DNA of 64,000 bases from Turneriella sp. (lineage in GTDB: Bacteria; Spirochaetota; Leptospiria; Turneriellales; Turneriellaceae): contig CBDIID010000003.1 in NCBI GenBank assembly GCA_965279515.1, positions 4,576,001-4,640,000 of the forward strand. The letters run 5' to 3'. The stretch's first letter is position 1. Every line of letters begins with the position of its first letter. A program made the translations under genes and the position numbers. Shown here one piece after another: positions 19,238-29,934 of this stretch. The notes beneath the pieces are model-generated. The model saw nothing but the letters and a program-made list of their open reading frames with translations, had not been told where the DNA came from and made no database searches.

Positions 19238-22200
19238 TCAACTCCGATTCTTATTTTTTCCATTTCTCGGAGCAGGTTGAGATTCGCAGCTGATTGCCAT
19301 GCACTTAAAGACTCTGCCGAGTTCGATCGAGGCTTCTTTCATAGCCTTACCTGTCCTTAGGAATTCCCTTCCTGAAGCCTGAAACTCTCTCTTGGTTTTC
19401 TGAAAATCCCGCTTCGTTTTTTGCCAATCATCCGCCATCTGCTGATATGGTGCGGCAATCTTGTTACCCATTTCAGCAAATTGGCCAGGGATTTCGCTTA
19501 TTTGACGCATGTCATCCAGAAAATCATCAATTTTCTTTTGCCGGAGGCGAGACTCCTCTGCTCTTTCTCTTTTCCAACGCTGATAACTATCATATGTATC
19601 CTTGATATCAGCACCAATATCATATGAATACCCTACGTTTACGTCAAAGCCGCTTTTTCCATATCTTGGGCCAATTGATACGCTTTGAAAATCTTTCATA
19701 TCAAATAAATCAAGCCCTACACCCCAGTCGTTTAGATGGCCTTCACGATCCCAGGAAAGTGAGCCGCTTACCTTACCTATGCCATAGGCATAATAAAGCT
19801 CCGCGTTTGTCCCTTCGTAACCAGTTTTAAAGCCAAATGAAGCCGTAACACTCAATCCAACAGTACCGATTGGTGCAGTAAAGGAAACGCCAACACTGGC
19901 GTAGCTAACACCTTGATTTTGCCCAAAGTTATAACCTAGACCAAACGTAGCCGAGGCGTTAAAACCAGCCCCAAGGCCGTTAATGTCAATCCCGAGACGA
20001 GGGCCAGCTTGAACATTCCCCCCAACTGAAAAACCATTGCCCCATTTTATATCGATGCCAATCCCTCCAAAACCAAGATTTATTCCAAAGGAAATTCCTT
20101 TGCTGCTGATGCTCAAAAAGAAATGGCCTGTCGGATCCGTATAAATGATAGGATTACCACGAACATACATATGTCTATTGAAAGCAAAAGCCCCCTGTTC
20201 TTCGTCAAACTCTGTGTCCGGCGTTGTGAATACTCCAAGTTGCGGGTCGTAATATCTTGCGTTGTAGTAATAGAAGCCTGTTTCCGGATCATATTCCTGT
20301 CCGGTGTACTTTACCGCCGTAATCGCAACCGACGCATCCTCTAAATGATGCTCGATCTCTCCGGTTGCCGGGTTGTACTTGCCCGAATTCGCCAGATCAA
20401 TCTCACCGTATTCGGTGTACGTAATCCGGAAAACCTCATTCCCCGCACTGTCCGTCACCAGCGCCCCCGACCCGAGGTGATTGTGGCTGTAGTAAACCGT
20501 TCCCGTAGGTAGGCCTGTGTAAAGCGCGGAGATTATGCTGTTTCTGCTGTCCGCCAAATCACTGGGCACCGAACCAGGGGAATTGCCCGAACCGCAATTC
20601 ACTGAAATAAACGATGCAAGCATTGTGATAGCCGCAATACGTGTCCATAATGGAAATTCGTGTTCCTTGCGTTGCGTAGAGATCAGATAAAGTATGAGCA
20701 GCAAGGCCAGAACGGCAAACGTACCGATCCGCAGACCTTTACCGGTATTCTCGTGCTGATAGATTCCATAGAAAGTGTAATAGACCTTGTTCGTAAGGCC
20801 GCCGATGCTGCTCGAAGAATAACCATCCGCCAGCGCGAACATCGCGCCGGCACCGGCAACAGGCATTGTCGTTTGGACATTTCCGGTAATCGAAGCGAGC
20901 TTCTTCTCATCTGTGCCGTAAATGTATTTCGTCGCTTGATAGGCATTAAATGTTCCGGAAGAACTTTGTGAAGCGCCAATATATTTCTCGCGCAGTTCGA
21001 TACCGTCGCCCAGATACCAGGTCTTAATTAACACACCATTGCGTAAGTGCGTCTTCAAAAAACGCTGCCCGGTATGGTCATAGTAGAATTTTGTATCGCC
21101 CACGACAGTCGCTGTGTTCTGCGGGTCCACCTCCGTCGCGCTCGTCATCATGCTATTGCTGTCGTAGCCAAAAGTAAATGGGCCCTTGGTCAGAAGTTGT
21201 CCGCTTGTTGACCAGGTGAAAACCTGATTTGCCTGCCACTGGGCAGTGTCCTGATTGTAAACCTCGTCGCTCATGGGGTAAGTCTTCCCATCGGCGTATG
21301 CCATACGCCTGTTGGCCTTGAGTTCCAGATTTCCCTTGCTTTCCGGCTGGCCGTCCTTATCAAACTTATACGTGCGCGTAACGCCTGAATCCAGCACGGC
21401 GGATTTCAAACGATTCAGGGCATCGTAATCGAATTGGACGGAAAGGCCAGAAATAACATTGTCCTCTATGCTCTGGATATTGTACGAAGTATCATACTGG
21501 TATGTTAAGTCGAATAACGGAGCGGTATTGGAGATTTTGAAAGTATCGAGTAGCCCTGTGTTCGCAACATAAGTGTATTGATGCACAATGCCGTTACCGT
21601 AAGTAATCTTGCCGATGTGTGGGGCTATGTCGTAGCTAAAGTCGCTGTATTCGGCGTACGTGGTGCCGTTGTGTTTGATCTTAGACACAAAAGATTGGTA
21701 GGCATCGACGTAGCTAATCTGCGAATGCGTTCCATCGGGATACATCATATCCGTCACGCGGCCTAACTCGTCTTTGGTTTTGCCGAAGGTCTGCAGGCAT
21801 GGCATCGCATTGCTATCGGCGCAGAGCGTTTCCGTCGCGTGTGAAAGGCGCCGCACAGTCTGCGTAATTTCGCCGCGCTCGTCGTATGTATAACGTTCCT
21901 GAATAGTAAATCCGTCTTTTATATGCGTTAACGTTGTTAGACGTCCCTCGCCATGAGCTACATCTGTCTCATCATATAGATAGGTTATGCTTTCCAGAAT
22001 ATTTGCAGGCGCCGCCACGGCAACCTTCGTCGTTTTTGAAACTCTGCCGAAACCGCCGTTATATTCGAAAGCAGTGACATAGCCTGCGCGAATCTCTGTC
22101 TTCAATTTACCAAAATTGGGTTGTCCTGCGGCCAGATAATATTCATAGTCTGTTCTGCCCGCCACCGGGTCATCGATATAGCGTTGTAAGTTGGATCTCC

Positions 22201-25200
22201 CTACGTAACCGATACTCGTCGGCACGGTGCCTGTCGTCGTTATGCTTTGTGGGGAAATAACTCTCGTAAGCCTTGCCAACGCGTCGTAAACGTAATTCAC
22301 CGTCGTGGTTTGCAGCGCCGCGTGGTTTGCCTCATACACGATAGCTGTCTTGCCTTCGATGTTATTGTAAGTGCGCTTTTGTTTGCCATCGGGGCTGGTA
22401 ACAAGTGTGCCTGCGACGGTTCCACCGGGTAGACTGGTGGTCAGATAGTCGGTATGTGTGGTTCTGTTGTTGAACGTCACAGAATCGCTGACACGACCCA
22501 TTGAATCATAGCTTTTGGCATTCCATTGTGTTGGATTTCCACTGAGCGCATCAAAAGGCTGCGAAATTTTCAGCTCTCTGCCGCGTGAATCATAGCGGCG
22601 CTCGATAGCCATGAGTTTTTCGACACCCGCGACAAACTCGGGATACTCTTCACGATATACGCGTCCCAACGCGTCGGCAATCTTTCTGGAGCAATGCTCT
22701 TGCGCAAAACCGGTACCGTACTTAACGCAGTCCTTTTTCCATGCAGGCTGCTCGTTATATGCAGAGCGATAGAATGATTTCTTGGAGATTACTGAGCTGC
22801 CGTTTTTAATCTCTACGGCTACAACGAAACCCGCATTGTCGAAGGTCGTCGATTCTTCAACGCCCGTTTCGCCGTCTAATTTGTAGTTTGGTTTGCTGAA
22901 ACGGTAATCCACGCGTTGTGAAGTTATGCGGATTCTTGCCCCATCGATCTTTTTCACAGTATAAGGAAATTGCAAATAATCCGGGTCATATTCGATTTCG
23001 GTGCGTATGCCCATACCATCGACAGAATCTTTTAAAAGGCCTGAATCATAGTAGGTGTATGTTTCGGGAACCCAGAGCCCGGTTCCATCGCCGGTTGAAG
23101 CATACGTTTCTTTACGCGTAACCTGATGTTTCGCACCCACAAGTCCGAAACCCTGCTGATCAAAATAAGATTTTGCCGATGCAAGAAAATTGACATCCCC
23201 TTCTGTGCATTCCGTCGCGCTGAGGCAGTTTTTCTCCGCGTAGGGTAGCCCAATGACGTATGTGGTCGCCGTATCGTTGAAAAACTGCGTGTACTTATAT
23301 GCGGTCTTGAAATTCCCGTTAGCCTCTAAGCCGCTTTTCGTTGCCAGCGGATTTCCATATGCATCTTGGCTTAAGACTCCGTTATACTTACGGCTTATGA
23401 GTATGCCATTTTCATAAGCTTTCTCTTGTGTCTCGCCGACCGTCCTAAATTGCTTCGGCAGCGCCGGATTCGGATTGTTCGACGGATCGTGCGTACAGCC
23501 GTTGGTATCGCAGAGCCAGAGTTGTGGCTGTCCGCCGATTTGCTCAGAAAGCAAAGTACCGTCGGAAAGATAGCTGCGGGTAACGCTCGCTTGTGTCTGA
23601 AACGGCTTATCTTGGCGATATGTCGTGATCGAATAATTACCGCTATTCACATCCGTAGTTTTCATTTTCTCAAAGCCTAAGGATCCACGTTCATGTACAT
23701 ACCCTGTACTCACTCTACCATTGAAGTACTGGTATTGCATCGCAAAAGTATCATTTCCAGGTACGTTGTCGAGATCCCGATCGCTGGTCGTAATGACTTG
23801 GGTAACAAGATAGCTGGGAGAAGAATTAGGAATCCCAGCTGCACCGGAGAGTGATGGTTCAGAACTTGGGCCGCTGCAAGGTGACGGACAGACAGGGCCA
23901 GAAAGCTGCACAGCAGATTCATAATTAATGGCTATTTGTACGCCAGAATTGCGTTGAATCGATACTAATAAGTTCGGCTGTTTCCCGGTGGATAATCCAA
24001 CATGCATGGTGCCACTGTGATTACCGGTTTGACACCAAAAATCCGATTTACCATCGCCATTGAGATCACCGGAACCACAATATTTTTTCATCTCTGGTCT
24101 GGTTGGGCCACTCAAAAATTGGCTGACCCAGCTTGTACCTGTCGATATTGCAACGTGCCAAACGCCTGTGGTATCTCCTGTTTGGCACCAGAAATCTGTC
24201 TTTCCATCTCCGTTTACATCGCCGGTTAGGCAGCTTTCTTTCATCGATCCAGGTCCCGGCCCGTTCCAGTAAGAAGAATTCCAACCCGTGCCTGTAGATA
24301 ATGCAACATGCCAAGTACCCGACTGATCGGCTGTTTGACACCAAAAATCCGTTCTTCCGTCACCGTTCAAATCACCAGTCAGGCATGTGTCAGGTGCACC
24401 TGGTGCGGGACCGTTCCAAAATGGAGCATTCCAGCCGTTTCCAGTAGATAGTGCAACATGCCATGTAGGTGATTGATTGCCTGTTTGACACCAATAATCT
24501 GTTTTCCCATCACCATTCAGTTCGCCGACCAAGCAATTTATGGCGGCATCAGCCGTTGTTGGCCCATTCCAAAATGCACTATTCCACCCGTTACCATTAG
24601 ACAATGCAACGTGGGACGAACCTGTATGATCCCCCGTCTGACACCAAAAGTCCGTTTTGCCATCACCATTGAGATCCCCTATTTTGCAGCTGTTGCTGGG
24701 CGAGCTAGGGCCTGGGCCAGACCAAAAGGGCATAGCCCAACTGCCAGTGGACAATGCGACGTGCCATGTGCTGGATTGGTCGCCTGTCTGGCACCAGAAA
24801 TCGGTCTTCGCATCACCATTGAGATCACCGCTAAAACAATAGGCGGTCATGTTTGGCCGAGTTGGTCCGCTCATGAATGGAATACTCCAGCCATTACCCG
24901 TGGAAAGACCTGCGTGCCAGGAACCCGTGTTATCACCCGTCATGCACCAGAAATCGGTTTTTCCATCACCATTAACTTCACCAATAAGGCATTCACTGCT
25001 GAAAGAACCAGGACCCGGCGCGCCGCCCCAAAAAGGCATCGCCCAACTGGCATTTTCAGAGCTCCAGCCAAATGTTAATCTCGAAATTTCGGTCGCAGCA
25101 GAATCTAACTCTTGCCAGGTTTTCAGTCGACTGGTAAAAAGTTCTGTTTCATACTGTAACGTATATGCCCGTACCGGCTCACTGCATGTAAAAAGGACCA

Positions 25201-26020
25201 AACACGAATCTTTATAAGTAACATTAATACCCGCTAACCGCCAGGCAGTCTGTACATAGGAACTTGCCGCATAGCTGACATCCTTATCAGGCCGGCCCGT
25301 CTTATCATAATCAAATGTTACGGCGTAGAACCGCGAGGCCCAGCCACCCAGAGTGTAAGTTATCTTTTTCGGATAAAACTGTCCTGCATTTTGAAAGTAT
25401 TCGACTTCATAATAGTTACCGTGCAGGTCTGTTACGCGCGACAAAGCCCAGACGCGCACAGAGCCTGAATTGATGGGTGTACCACCCACATCAATTGCGA
25501 TCACCCTTGACGTTCCCGCATCACCGTAAAGGGAGACGACGCCGCTGCGATCAGTGACTCGCCAGGTGCACGCAGAGTCACCGCAGCGATTTCCGCTGTT
25601 GAGAACATTACCATCCCAACCAAGAGGTTCGTATTTTGACCACGCTTCGTTCTCTGCGTGGAAAACCGTTCCAACAGGCGCCGATGCTGATGCGCTGACA
25701 TCAATCAGCCGACCTTCGGGCCCCCCATAAGTATCGCCGCCGCCATAGTTTATCCCGTTGCCATAATTTATACGCGTAATCGTTGGCAATCCTTGTAAAC
25801 TCCAGCCTACACCAACAACGCCATTTCCACCATTCGAATTATAAGATAGGGCCAGCTTTGGTTGTACGCCGTTGCGTCCTGCCGGAATTTCGACGGGCAA
25901 ACTTTCTGAATAGCTGCCGTCAGGATTAACGCCCGCATAGATCGGTAAGGCCAGACATAGAGGAAAAATCAATTGTCCATAGCGTACGAACGAATAAAGT
26001 AATTTTCTTGTTTTTGCCAT
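19238..26020 (-). CDS. RHS/YD-repeat protein: SpvB/TcB-like N-terminus, FG-GAP repeats, RHS core, variable C-terminal domain
   Basis: PAGRNGVQPKLALSYNS..GVGWSL (SpvB-like), GDLNGDGKTD repeats, YD repeats, YTGQEYDPETGFYYYNARYYDP, NPIIYTDPTG; GAGGT SD before ATG 26020. Confidence 0.9.
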   Translation of the reverse strand: MAKTRKLLYSFVRYGQLIFPLCLALPIYAGVNPDGSYSESLPVEIPAGRNGVQPKLALSYNSNGGNGVVGVGWSLQGLPTITRINYGNGINYGGGDTYGGPEGRLIDVSASASAPVGTVFHAENEAWSKYEPLGWDGNVLNSGNRCGDSACTWRVTDRSGVVSLYGDAGTSRVIAIDVGGTPINSGSVRVWALSRVTDLHGNYYEVEYFQNAGQFYPKKITYTLGGWASRFYAVTFDYDKTGRPDKDVSYAASSYVQTAWRLAGINVTYKDSCLVLFTCSEPVRAYTLQYETELFTSRLKTWQELDSAATEISRLTFGWSSENASWAMPFWGGAPGPGSFSSECLIGEVNGDGKTDFWCMTGDNTGSWHAGLSTGNGWSIPFMSGPTRPNMTAYCFSGDLNGDAKTDFWCQTGDQSSTWHVALSTGSWAMPFWSGPGPSSPSNSCKIGDLNGDGKTDFWCQTGDHTGSSHVALSNGNGWNSAFWNGPTTADAAINCLVGELNGDGKTDYWCQTGNQSPTWHVALSTGNGWNAPFWNGPAPGAPDTCLTGDLNGDGRTDFWCQTADQSGTWHVALSTGTGWNSSYWNGPGPGSMKESCLTGDVNGDGKTDFWCQTGDTTGVWHVAISTGTSWVSQFLSGPTRPEMKKYCGSGDLNGDGKSDFWCQTGNHSGTMHVGLSTGKQPNLLVSIQRNSGVQIAINYESAVQLSGPVCPSPCSGPSSEPSLSGAAGIPNSSPSYLVTQVITTSDRDLDNVPGNDTFAMQYQYFNGRVSTGYVHERGSLGFEKMKTTDVNSGNYSITTYRQDKPFQTQASVTRSYLSDGTLLSEQIGGQPQLWLCDTNGCTHDPSNNPNPALPKQFRTVGETQEKAYENGILISRKYNGVLSQDAYGNPLATKSGLEANGNFKTAYKYTQFFNDTATTYVIGLPYAEKNCLSATECTEGDVNFLASAKSYFDQQGFGLVGAKHQVTRKETYASTGDGTGLWVPETYTYYDSGLLKDSVDGMGIRTEIEYDPDYLQFPYTVKKIDGARIRITSQRVDYRFSKPNYKLDGETGVEESTTFDNAGFVVAVEIKNGSSVISKKSFYRSAYNEQPAWKKDCVKYGTGFAQEHCSRKIADALGRVYREEYPEFVAGVEKLMAIERRYDSRGRELKISQPFDALSGNPTQWNAKSYDSMGRVSDSVTFNNRTTHTDYLTTSLPGGTVAGTLVTSPDGKQKRTYNNIEGKTAIVYEANHAALQTTTVNYVYDALARLTRVISPQSITTTGTVPTSIGYVGRSNLQRYIDDPVAGRTDYEYYLAAGQPNFGKLKTEIRAGYVTAFEYNGGFGRVSKTTKVAVAAPANILESITYLYDETDVAHGEGRLTTLTHIKDGFTIQERYTYDERGEITQTVRRLSHATETLCADSNAMPCLQTFGKTKDELGRVTDMMYPDGTHSQISYVDAYQSFVSKIKHNGTTYAEYSDFSYDIAPHIGKITYGNGIVHQYTYVANTGLLDTFKISNTAPLFDLTYQYDTSYNIQSIEDNVISGLSVQFDYDALNRLKSAVLDSGVTRTYKFDKDGQPESKGNLELKANRRMAYADGKTYPMSDEVYNQDTAQWQANQVFTWSTSGQLLTKGPFTFGYDSNSMMTSATEVDPQNTATVVGDTKFYYDHTGQRFLKTHLRNGVLIKTWYLGDGIELREKYIGASQSSSGTFNAYQATKYIYGTDEKKLASITGNVQTTMPVAGAGAMFALADGYSSSSIGGLTNKVYYTFYGIYQHENTGKGLRIGTFAVLALLLILYLISTQRKEHEFPLWTRIAAITMLASFISVNCGSGNSPGSVPSDLADSRNSIISALYTGLPTGTVYYSHNHLGSGALVTDSAGNEVFRITYTEYGEIDLANSGKYNPATGEIEHHLEDASVAITAVKYTGQEYDPETGFYYYNARYYDPQLGVFTTPDTEFDEEQGAFAFNRHMYVRGNPIIYTDPTGHFFLSISSKGISFGINLGFGGIGIDIKWGNGFSVGGNVQAGPRLGIDINGLGAGFNASATFGLGYNFGQNQGVSYASVGVSFTAPIGTVGLSVTASFGFKTGYEGTNAELYYAYGIGKVSGSLSWDREGHLNDWGVGLDLFDMKDFQSVSIGPRYGKSGFDVNVGYSYDIGADIKDTYDSYQRWKRERAEESRLRQKKIDDFLDDMRQISEIPGQFAEMGNKIAAPYQQMADDWQKTKRDFQKTKREFQASGREFLRTGKAMKEASIELGRVFKCMAISCESQPAPRNGKNKNRS
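23980..25050 (-). repeat. Seven ~50-aa Cys-paired FG-GAP-like tandem repeats within the RHS gene
   Basis: Consensus C-x2-G-[DE]-[LV]-N-G-D-G-K-T-D-[FY]-W-C-Q-T-G...W-H-V-A-L-S-T-G...W..P-F-W.GP, seven copies. Confidence 0.85.
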
Positions 26021-26031
26021 AAAATTTAACC

Positions 26032-29000
26032 TCAATAATTTTGCAGTTCCAGTATCTCCGTGGTATTTAGAGCGCGAGAATATATGCGAACGTCATCCAG
26101 ACTACCGGCCCAACGCAGGGCAAAGTCGGATCGGGCACCAATGGTGAACGTGCCATTGGAAACGGTTGCGAAATTGATAGCCGACGGACCACCGCCGGCA
26201 GGAATCACACCATTCAGAAAAATTGTGGCTTTGCCTTCTGCGTCTAATACACTACAGAAATGCGACCACTTATTTGCGGGCAGGGAAGCGGAGGATGTCA
26301 GATTGTTGGCAAAGTTACCGAAAGTAAGGCCTGCCAAGCCGCCAGAAAAGAGAAAGCTGTTTTCGCCCACGTTCGTTGTGCCGTAGCTGAGTGCGAATGC
26401 GTTAAGACCGACATTGACAGGATTTACGCGCACGCACATGGTTCGCGCGGAATTCCCCATCGGCAGGCCCGTATCGTTAGAAAAAAAGTATTGATTCGTT
26501 CCGTTCAGGGTAAATGCGTTACTTGCGACGCCGTCGGAACCATTGCCCAAAGCAGGGTTCCCCATAGCTGTCAGGCCCGGCCCACCATTGTCTTCGGTTA
26601 ACCTGCCTGATTCGAATGAGTACTGTCTCAGCAAGCTAGTTCCTAATTGAGAGGAAAGCACGGTAATTTCATGTTGTTCCAGTGCACGCCCATAAACTCG
26701 GACGTCATCAATGACTCCAGTAAAGGCTGTCGTCCCTGAAGTATCTCCTTGCCCCACGAGAATACCACCCGCACCGGCAAGAACTGTATTCCAATTTTTT
26801 GCGGCCGAAGCTACTTTTGAACCGTTAACGTAAAGCGATGCTTTTTCCCCGTCATATGTGCCACAAAGGTGTGTCCAGGTATTGGGTACTGCAGGCAGGC
26901 CGCCGCTTAAGTCATCTGTCCATGCACCAAAGAAAAATTTGGTCGCGGTGCCATCGTTATAAAGCCCAAGCGTCTGTGCTTCTCCCACGGATGGGTTACC
27001 GTATCTTATGGCAGTGCCATATGCCCCGGTAGCCGGAAGAGCCGTCGGCATCACCCAGACGCAAGTGGTTCGAGAAGTTGCTCCGGCGGGCAATCCTGTG
27101 TCTGAGGCCGTAATCCATTGATTCGCTGCAGTGAAATTGTATGCCCCGACGTTTCCAAAGCGATCGGTCGTCTGTGAGGGGCCGCCAACCAGAGTACCGT
27201 TATGCCCATTGTTACTATAATCTGTGGCCGTGAGCGATGCAGCGTCGCTGAATGAATAATAAACCAGCAGACTTGCCGGCACTTGAACCGCCATCTGTCT
27301 AATGACTGTGGGGGTGAGGGCACCAGCATAGATGCGCACATCATCGACACGGCCGTTAAAAGCAGATTGTGTGGCATTGCCAGAAGCTTTGCCGATAACA
27401 ACTCCCGCTCCAAGAGTAGTGGAGGCCACGGACGATCCGGTTCCGTCCTGAATGCCATTCAGAAAAATGCGCAAATTGTTCCCGTCATAGACATGGCACA
27501 AATGCGTCCAGGTGTTGAGTTTAAGGGATGTGCCACCCAGAAAATCTGAGCCACCGGCGAAACCATAGCCGCCAGTGCTGGTTCTGTTACCCAGATAAGC
27601 GCCGCCAGAGGCCCCATACATCATCGCAACGCAGTTTGTACCGCACTGCGACGCGGTATTTACCCATGCACATATAGTACGGGGGCCTTGGCCGAGTGGC
27701 AAACCGTTGTCGAGGCCGCTCAGGTAGGTGTTACCGGAACCGTCGAACTTATAGGCGCCGAAAGCATCGCCATCGACCCCGTTTACCTTTTTGGGATCTC
27801 CATATGCAGAAAGATGGAAGGGTGTAAACGCCCGGTCCTGAATATTCGTCGAATCGCTGTTAAAAGTGAACTGGCGTAGCAGGCCCGAAACGGCAAAGCC
27901 CGTATTTGAAGTATACGTGGAGGCCAATGTATTTCCGGCAATATCACGAATGCCGGTAGTCACGCGCACTTTGTAAATCCCAGGCTCGAATCCGTCTGCA
28001 GCTGACAGCAGAAATGTCTGCGAAGAAATCGCCATAGGCTGCGAGCGCATCTTGACGCAGGTGTTTGGCGCAAAATCGTCCGCGGCCGACGAAATCTGCA
28101 GAGTTCCAGAGCAGCTGGAATCGGAGGTATTCGTCGTGATCGTGGATAAATCCAAAGCAAGCGGATCTGCAATCGTTATGGCTACGGGGGCCGCGCCCGG
28201 TATTGCATTCGAAAGATCCCCGGGCGTGATGGACGCTATAGTTGGCTGGGTATCACTGCGGTAAATAGACAGGTTCGAGTCTGCGACCTGAACACCGTTG
28301 GAGAGGCAGATATGAATTGCATTGTTTCCGCTCGCCAAAGCGGGCGGGCCGTTTACGGGAATTTGTGTTGCTATCCAGCTTCCCTGAACATACTGTTGCA
28401 CGGAACCGATTGTCAAACCGGAGCCGCATCCTGGTCCCGATGTACATCCCCCACCGCCAAGGCAGATCTGGTAGTTGCCGGATTGATTTGCCTGCCAGGT
28501 TATCGTGGTCGAATTGTTTGCGGAATTTCCGCTCACATAAGTCGTCGAGGCCGCAGGCGACGCAAAAGATATTACGGGCAGTGATGAATTGATCTGATAA
28601 GAAAGCACAAGCGGCGTGCTTTGATTGCCAGCGGTATCCATGGCGACAGCAATCAAGGTTGAGTAAGTGGAATCGCCAGAGTAGGGGGTGATCCAAGAGC
28701 CTGTGAGCTCTGTTCCGGTCAGTACGCTGCCATCATTGTTAAAGATGGGGGCACTCGGTGTCCCCGGGGATGAAGCACCGGTTGCTACTTTATACGCGAT
28801 GCGCACGCAATTATCAGAGCAGCTGATGGATACACTCTGCTGCTGGGCGTAGGCGCCGTTTCCGATACTGGCTTGTAATACCGGAGCGCTACTATCATTA
28901 ACGACGATGGCCACAGCTTCGCCTGACTTATTAAACCCTGAATTGTTCTGCACACAGATGCGAACAAAGTAAGTTCCTGAACTATCAAAATTTCCGGAAA

Positions 29001-29667
29001 GAGGAATCGTCGACGTTATCGCGCTGTTACCGGGCAGATTTGAACCAGTTATATTTGTTCCTCCGGATATCGCCCCAGCATCGGCGCAGCTTGACCCGCC
29101 CAGCTTGAGGGTGTAAGAGTTATTGTTTTGCGGATCAATCCGGTAGTCATGGTTCCAGTTAATGACGACCGAAGTCTTCGCCAGACCGCCTCCAGAGCTC
29201 ACGAAATGCGTCGAGGTTGAATCGAGAATGCTCACACCGATATCCAGATTACCGATGAGCCGCAGTGAAGTGCCCTTGGAAAATGGCATCGATGTAAAGT
29301 TTGTCAGGCCGGGAAAAGACAGATCTGCGTTGCCGTTGGCTAACTTGCCCGAAAGTTTCAATGTGACGGTATAAGTGCCTGTCTGTTCGATCGAGGCAAT
29401 TTTGAGGCTGCCCATATTGGCCAGCTCATAGTTATCCGGGTCTAACCAGCCTTTAATTCTTTGGGAAAAGGTGACCTGTATGCCTTCTAACTTACTGACG
29501 GTATTGGATCCCCGGTTTGGTATGGGAACGTAGCTTACCACATAGGGGGCAACTGTCTGGGGCTTGAAGCAGGATGCCCGGGGATTCAGGCAATTTTCAT
29601 TGGGATCGAAGAATTTACAGCTTCCCGTTAAAGCCAACGCACCAAGAATAGCCCATCGGAGAGACAT
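26032..29667 (-). CDS. Large lipoprotein with Ig-like domains and three LamG/ConA-like jellyroll domains
   Basis: Lipobox LALTGSC; Ig-like VTTGIRDIAGNTL; three repeats of LP.G..RT.C.WV...W.H.C..YDG...DDVR[IV]Y..AL. Confidence 0.85.
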   Translation of the reverse strand: MSLRWAILGALALTGSCKFFDPNENCLNPRASCFKPQTVAPYVVSYVPIPNRGSNTVSKLEGIQVTFSQRIKGWLDPDNYELANMGSLKIASIEQTGTYTVTLKLSGKLANGNADLSFPGLTNFTSMPFSKGTSLRLIGNLDIGVSILDSTSTHFVSSGGGLAKTSVVINWNHDYRIDPQNNNSYTLKLGGSSCADAGAISGGTNITGSNLPGNSAITSTIPLSGNFDSSGTYFVRICVQNNSGFNKSGEAVAIVVNDSSAPVLQASIGNGAYAQQQSVSISCSDNCVRIAYKVATGASSPGTPSAPIFNNDGSVLTGTELTGSWITPYSGDSTYSTLIAVAMDTAGNQSTPLVLSYQINSSLPVISFASPAASTTYVSGNSANNSTTITWQANQSGNYQICLGGGGCTSGPGCGSGLTIGSVQQYVQGSWIATQIPVNGPPALASGNNAIHICLSNGVQVADSNLSIYRSDTQPTIASITPGDLSNAIPGAAPVAITIADPLALDLSTITTNTSDSSCSGTLQISSAADDFAPNTCVKMRSQPMAISSQTFLLSAADGFEPGIYKVRVTTGIRDIAGNTLASTYTSNTGFAVSGLLRQFTFNSDSTNIQDRAFTPFHLSAYGDPKKVNGVDGDAFGAYKFDGSGNTYLSGLDNGLPLGQGPRTICAWVNTASQCGTNCVAMMYGASGGAYLGNRTSTGGYGFAGGSDFLGGTSLKLNTWTHLCHVYDGNNLRIFLNGIQDGTGSSVASTTLGAGVVIGKASGNATQSAFNGRVDDVRIYAGALTPTVIRQMAVQVPASLLVYYSFSDAASLTATDYSNNGHNGTLVGGPSQTTDRFGNVGAYNFTAANQWITASDTGLPAGATSRTTCVWVMPTALPATGAYGTAIRYGNPSVGEAQTLGLYNDGTATKFFFGAWTDDLSGGLPAVPNTWTHLCGTYDGEKASLYVNGSKVASAAKNWNTVLAGAGGILVGQGDTSGTTAFTGVIDDVRVYGRALEQHEITVLSSQLGTSLLRQYSFESGRLTEDNGGPGLTAMGNPALGNGSDGVASNAFTLNGTNQYFFSNDTGLPMGNSARTMCVRVNPVNVGLNAFALSYGTTNVGENSFLFSGGLAGLTFGNFANNLTSSASLPANKWSHFCSVLDAEGKATIFLNGVIPAGGGPSAINFATVSNGTFTIGARSDFALRWAGSLDDVRIYSRALNTTEILELQNY

Positions 29668-29934
29668 CTATACATGATCCCCTTCACGCATATCTATTCC
29701 TTGAAACCCCGAAAAATCGGAACTGTATTCAACTTTTTTAGAAATTGTTTTGAACGGAAGGCTTTATGGGCGCACAGAGGAACAGCCGGTTGTCTGATAA
29801 GCATTTAAGCATGTTCCTCCTCCACGCCAAAGATAGGTAAGACCAGACACCATTGGTCGGCGCGACATGCTGTCAAACACTTAGTGCGCCGCAAGATCGA
29901 CGACTGGGTCAATTTTCAATGCCTTATGTCAGTT

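Noticed and set aside
23980..25050. Periodic DNA repeats as a CRISPR array or DGR
   Set aside because: They are in-frame coding repeats with synonymous variation; there are no cas or reverse transcriptase genes.
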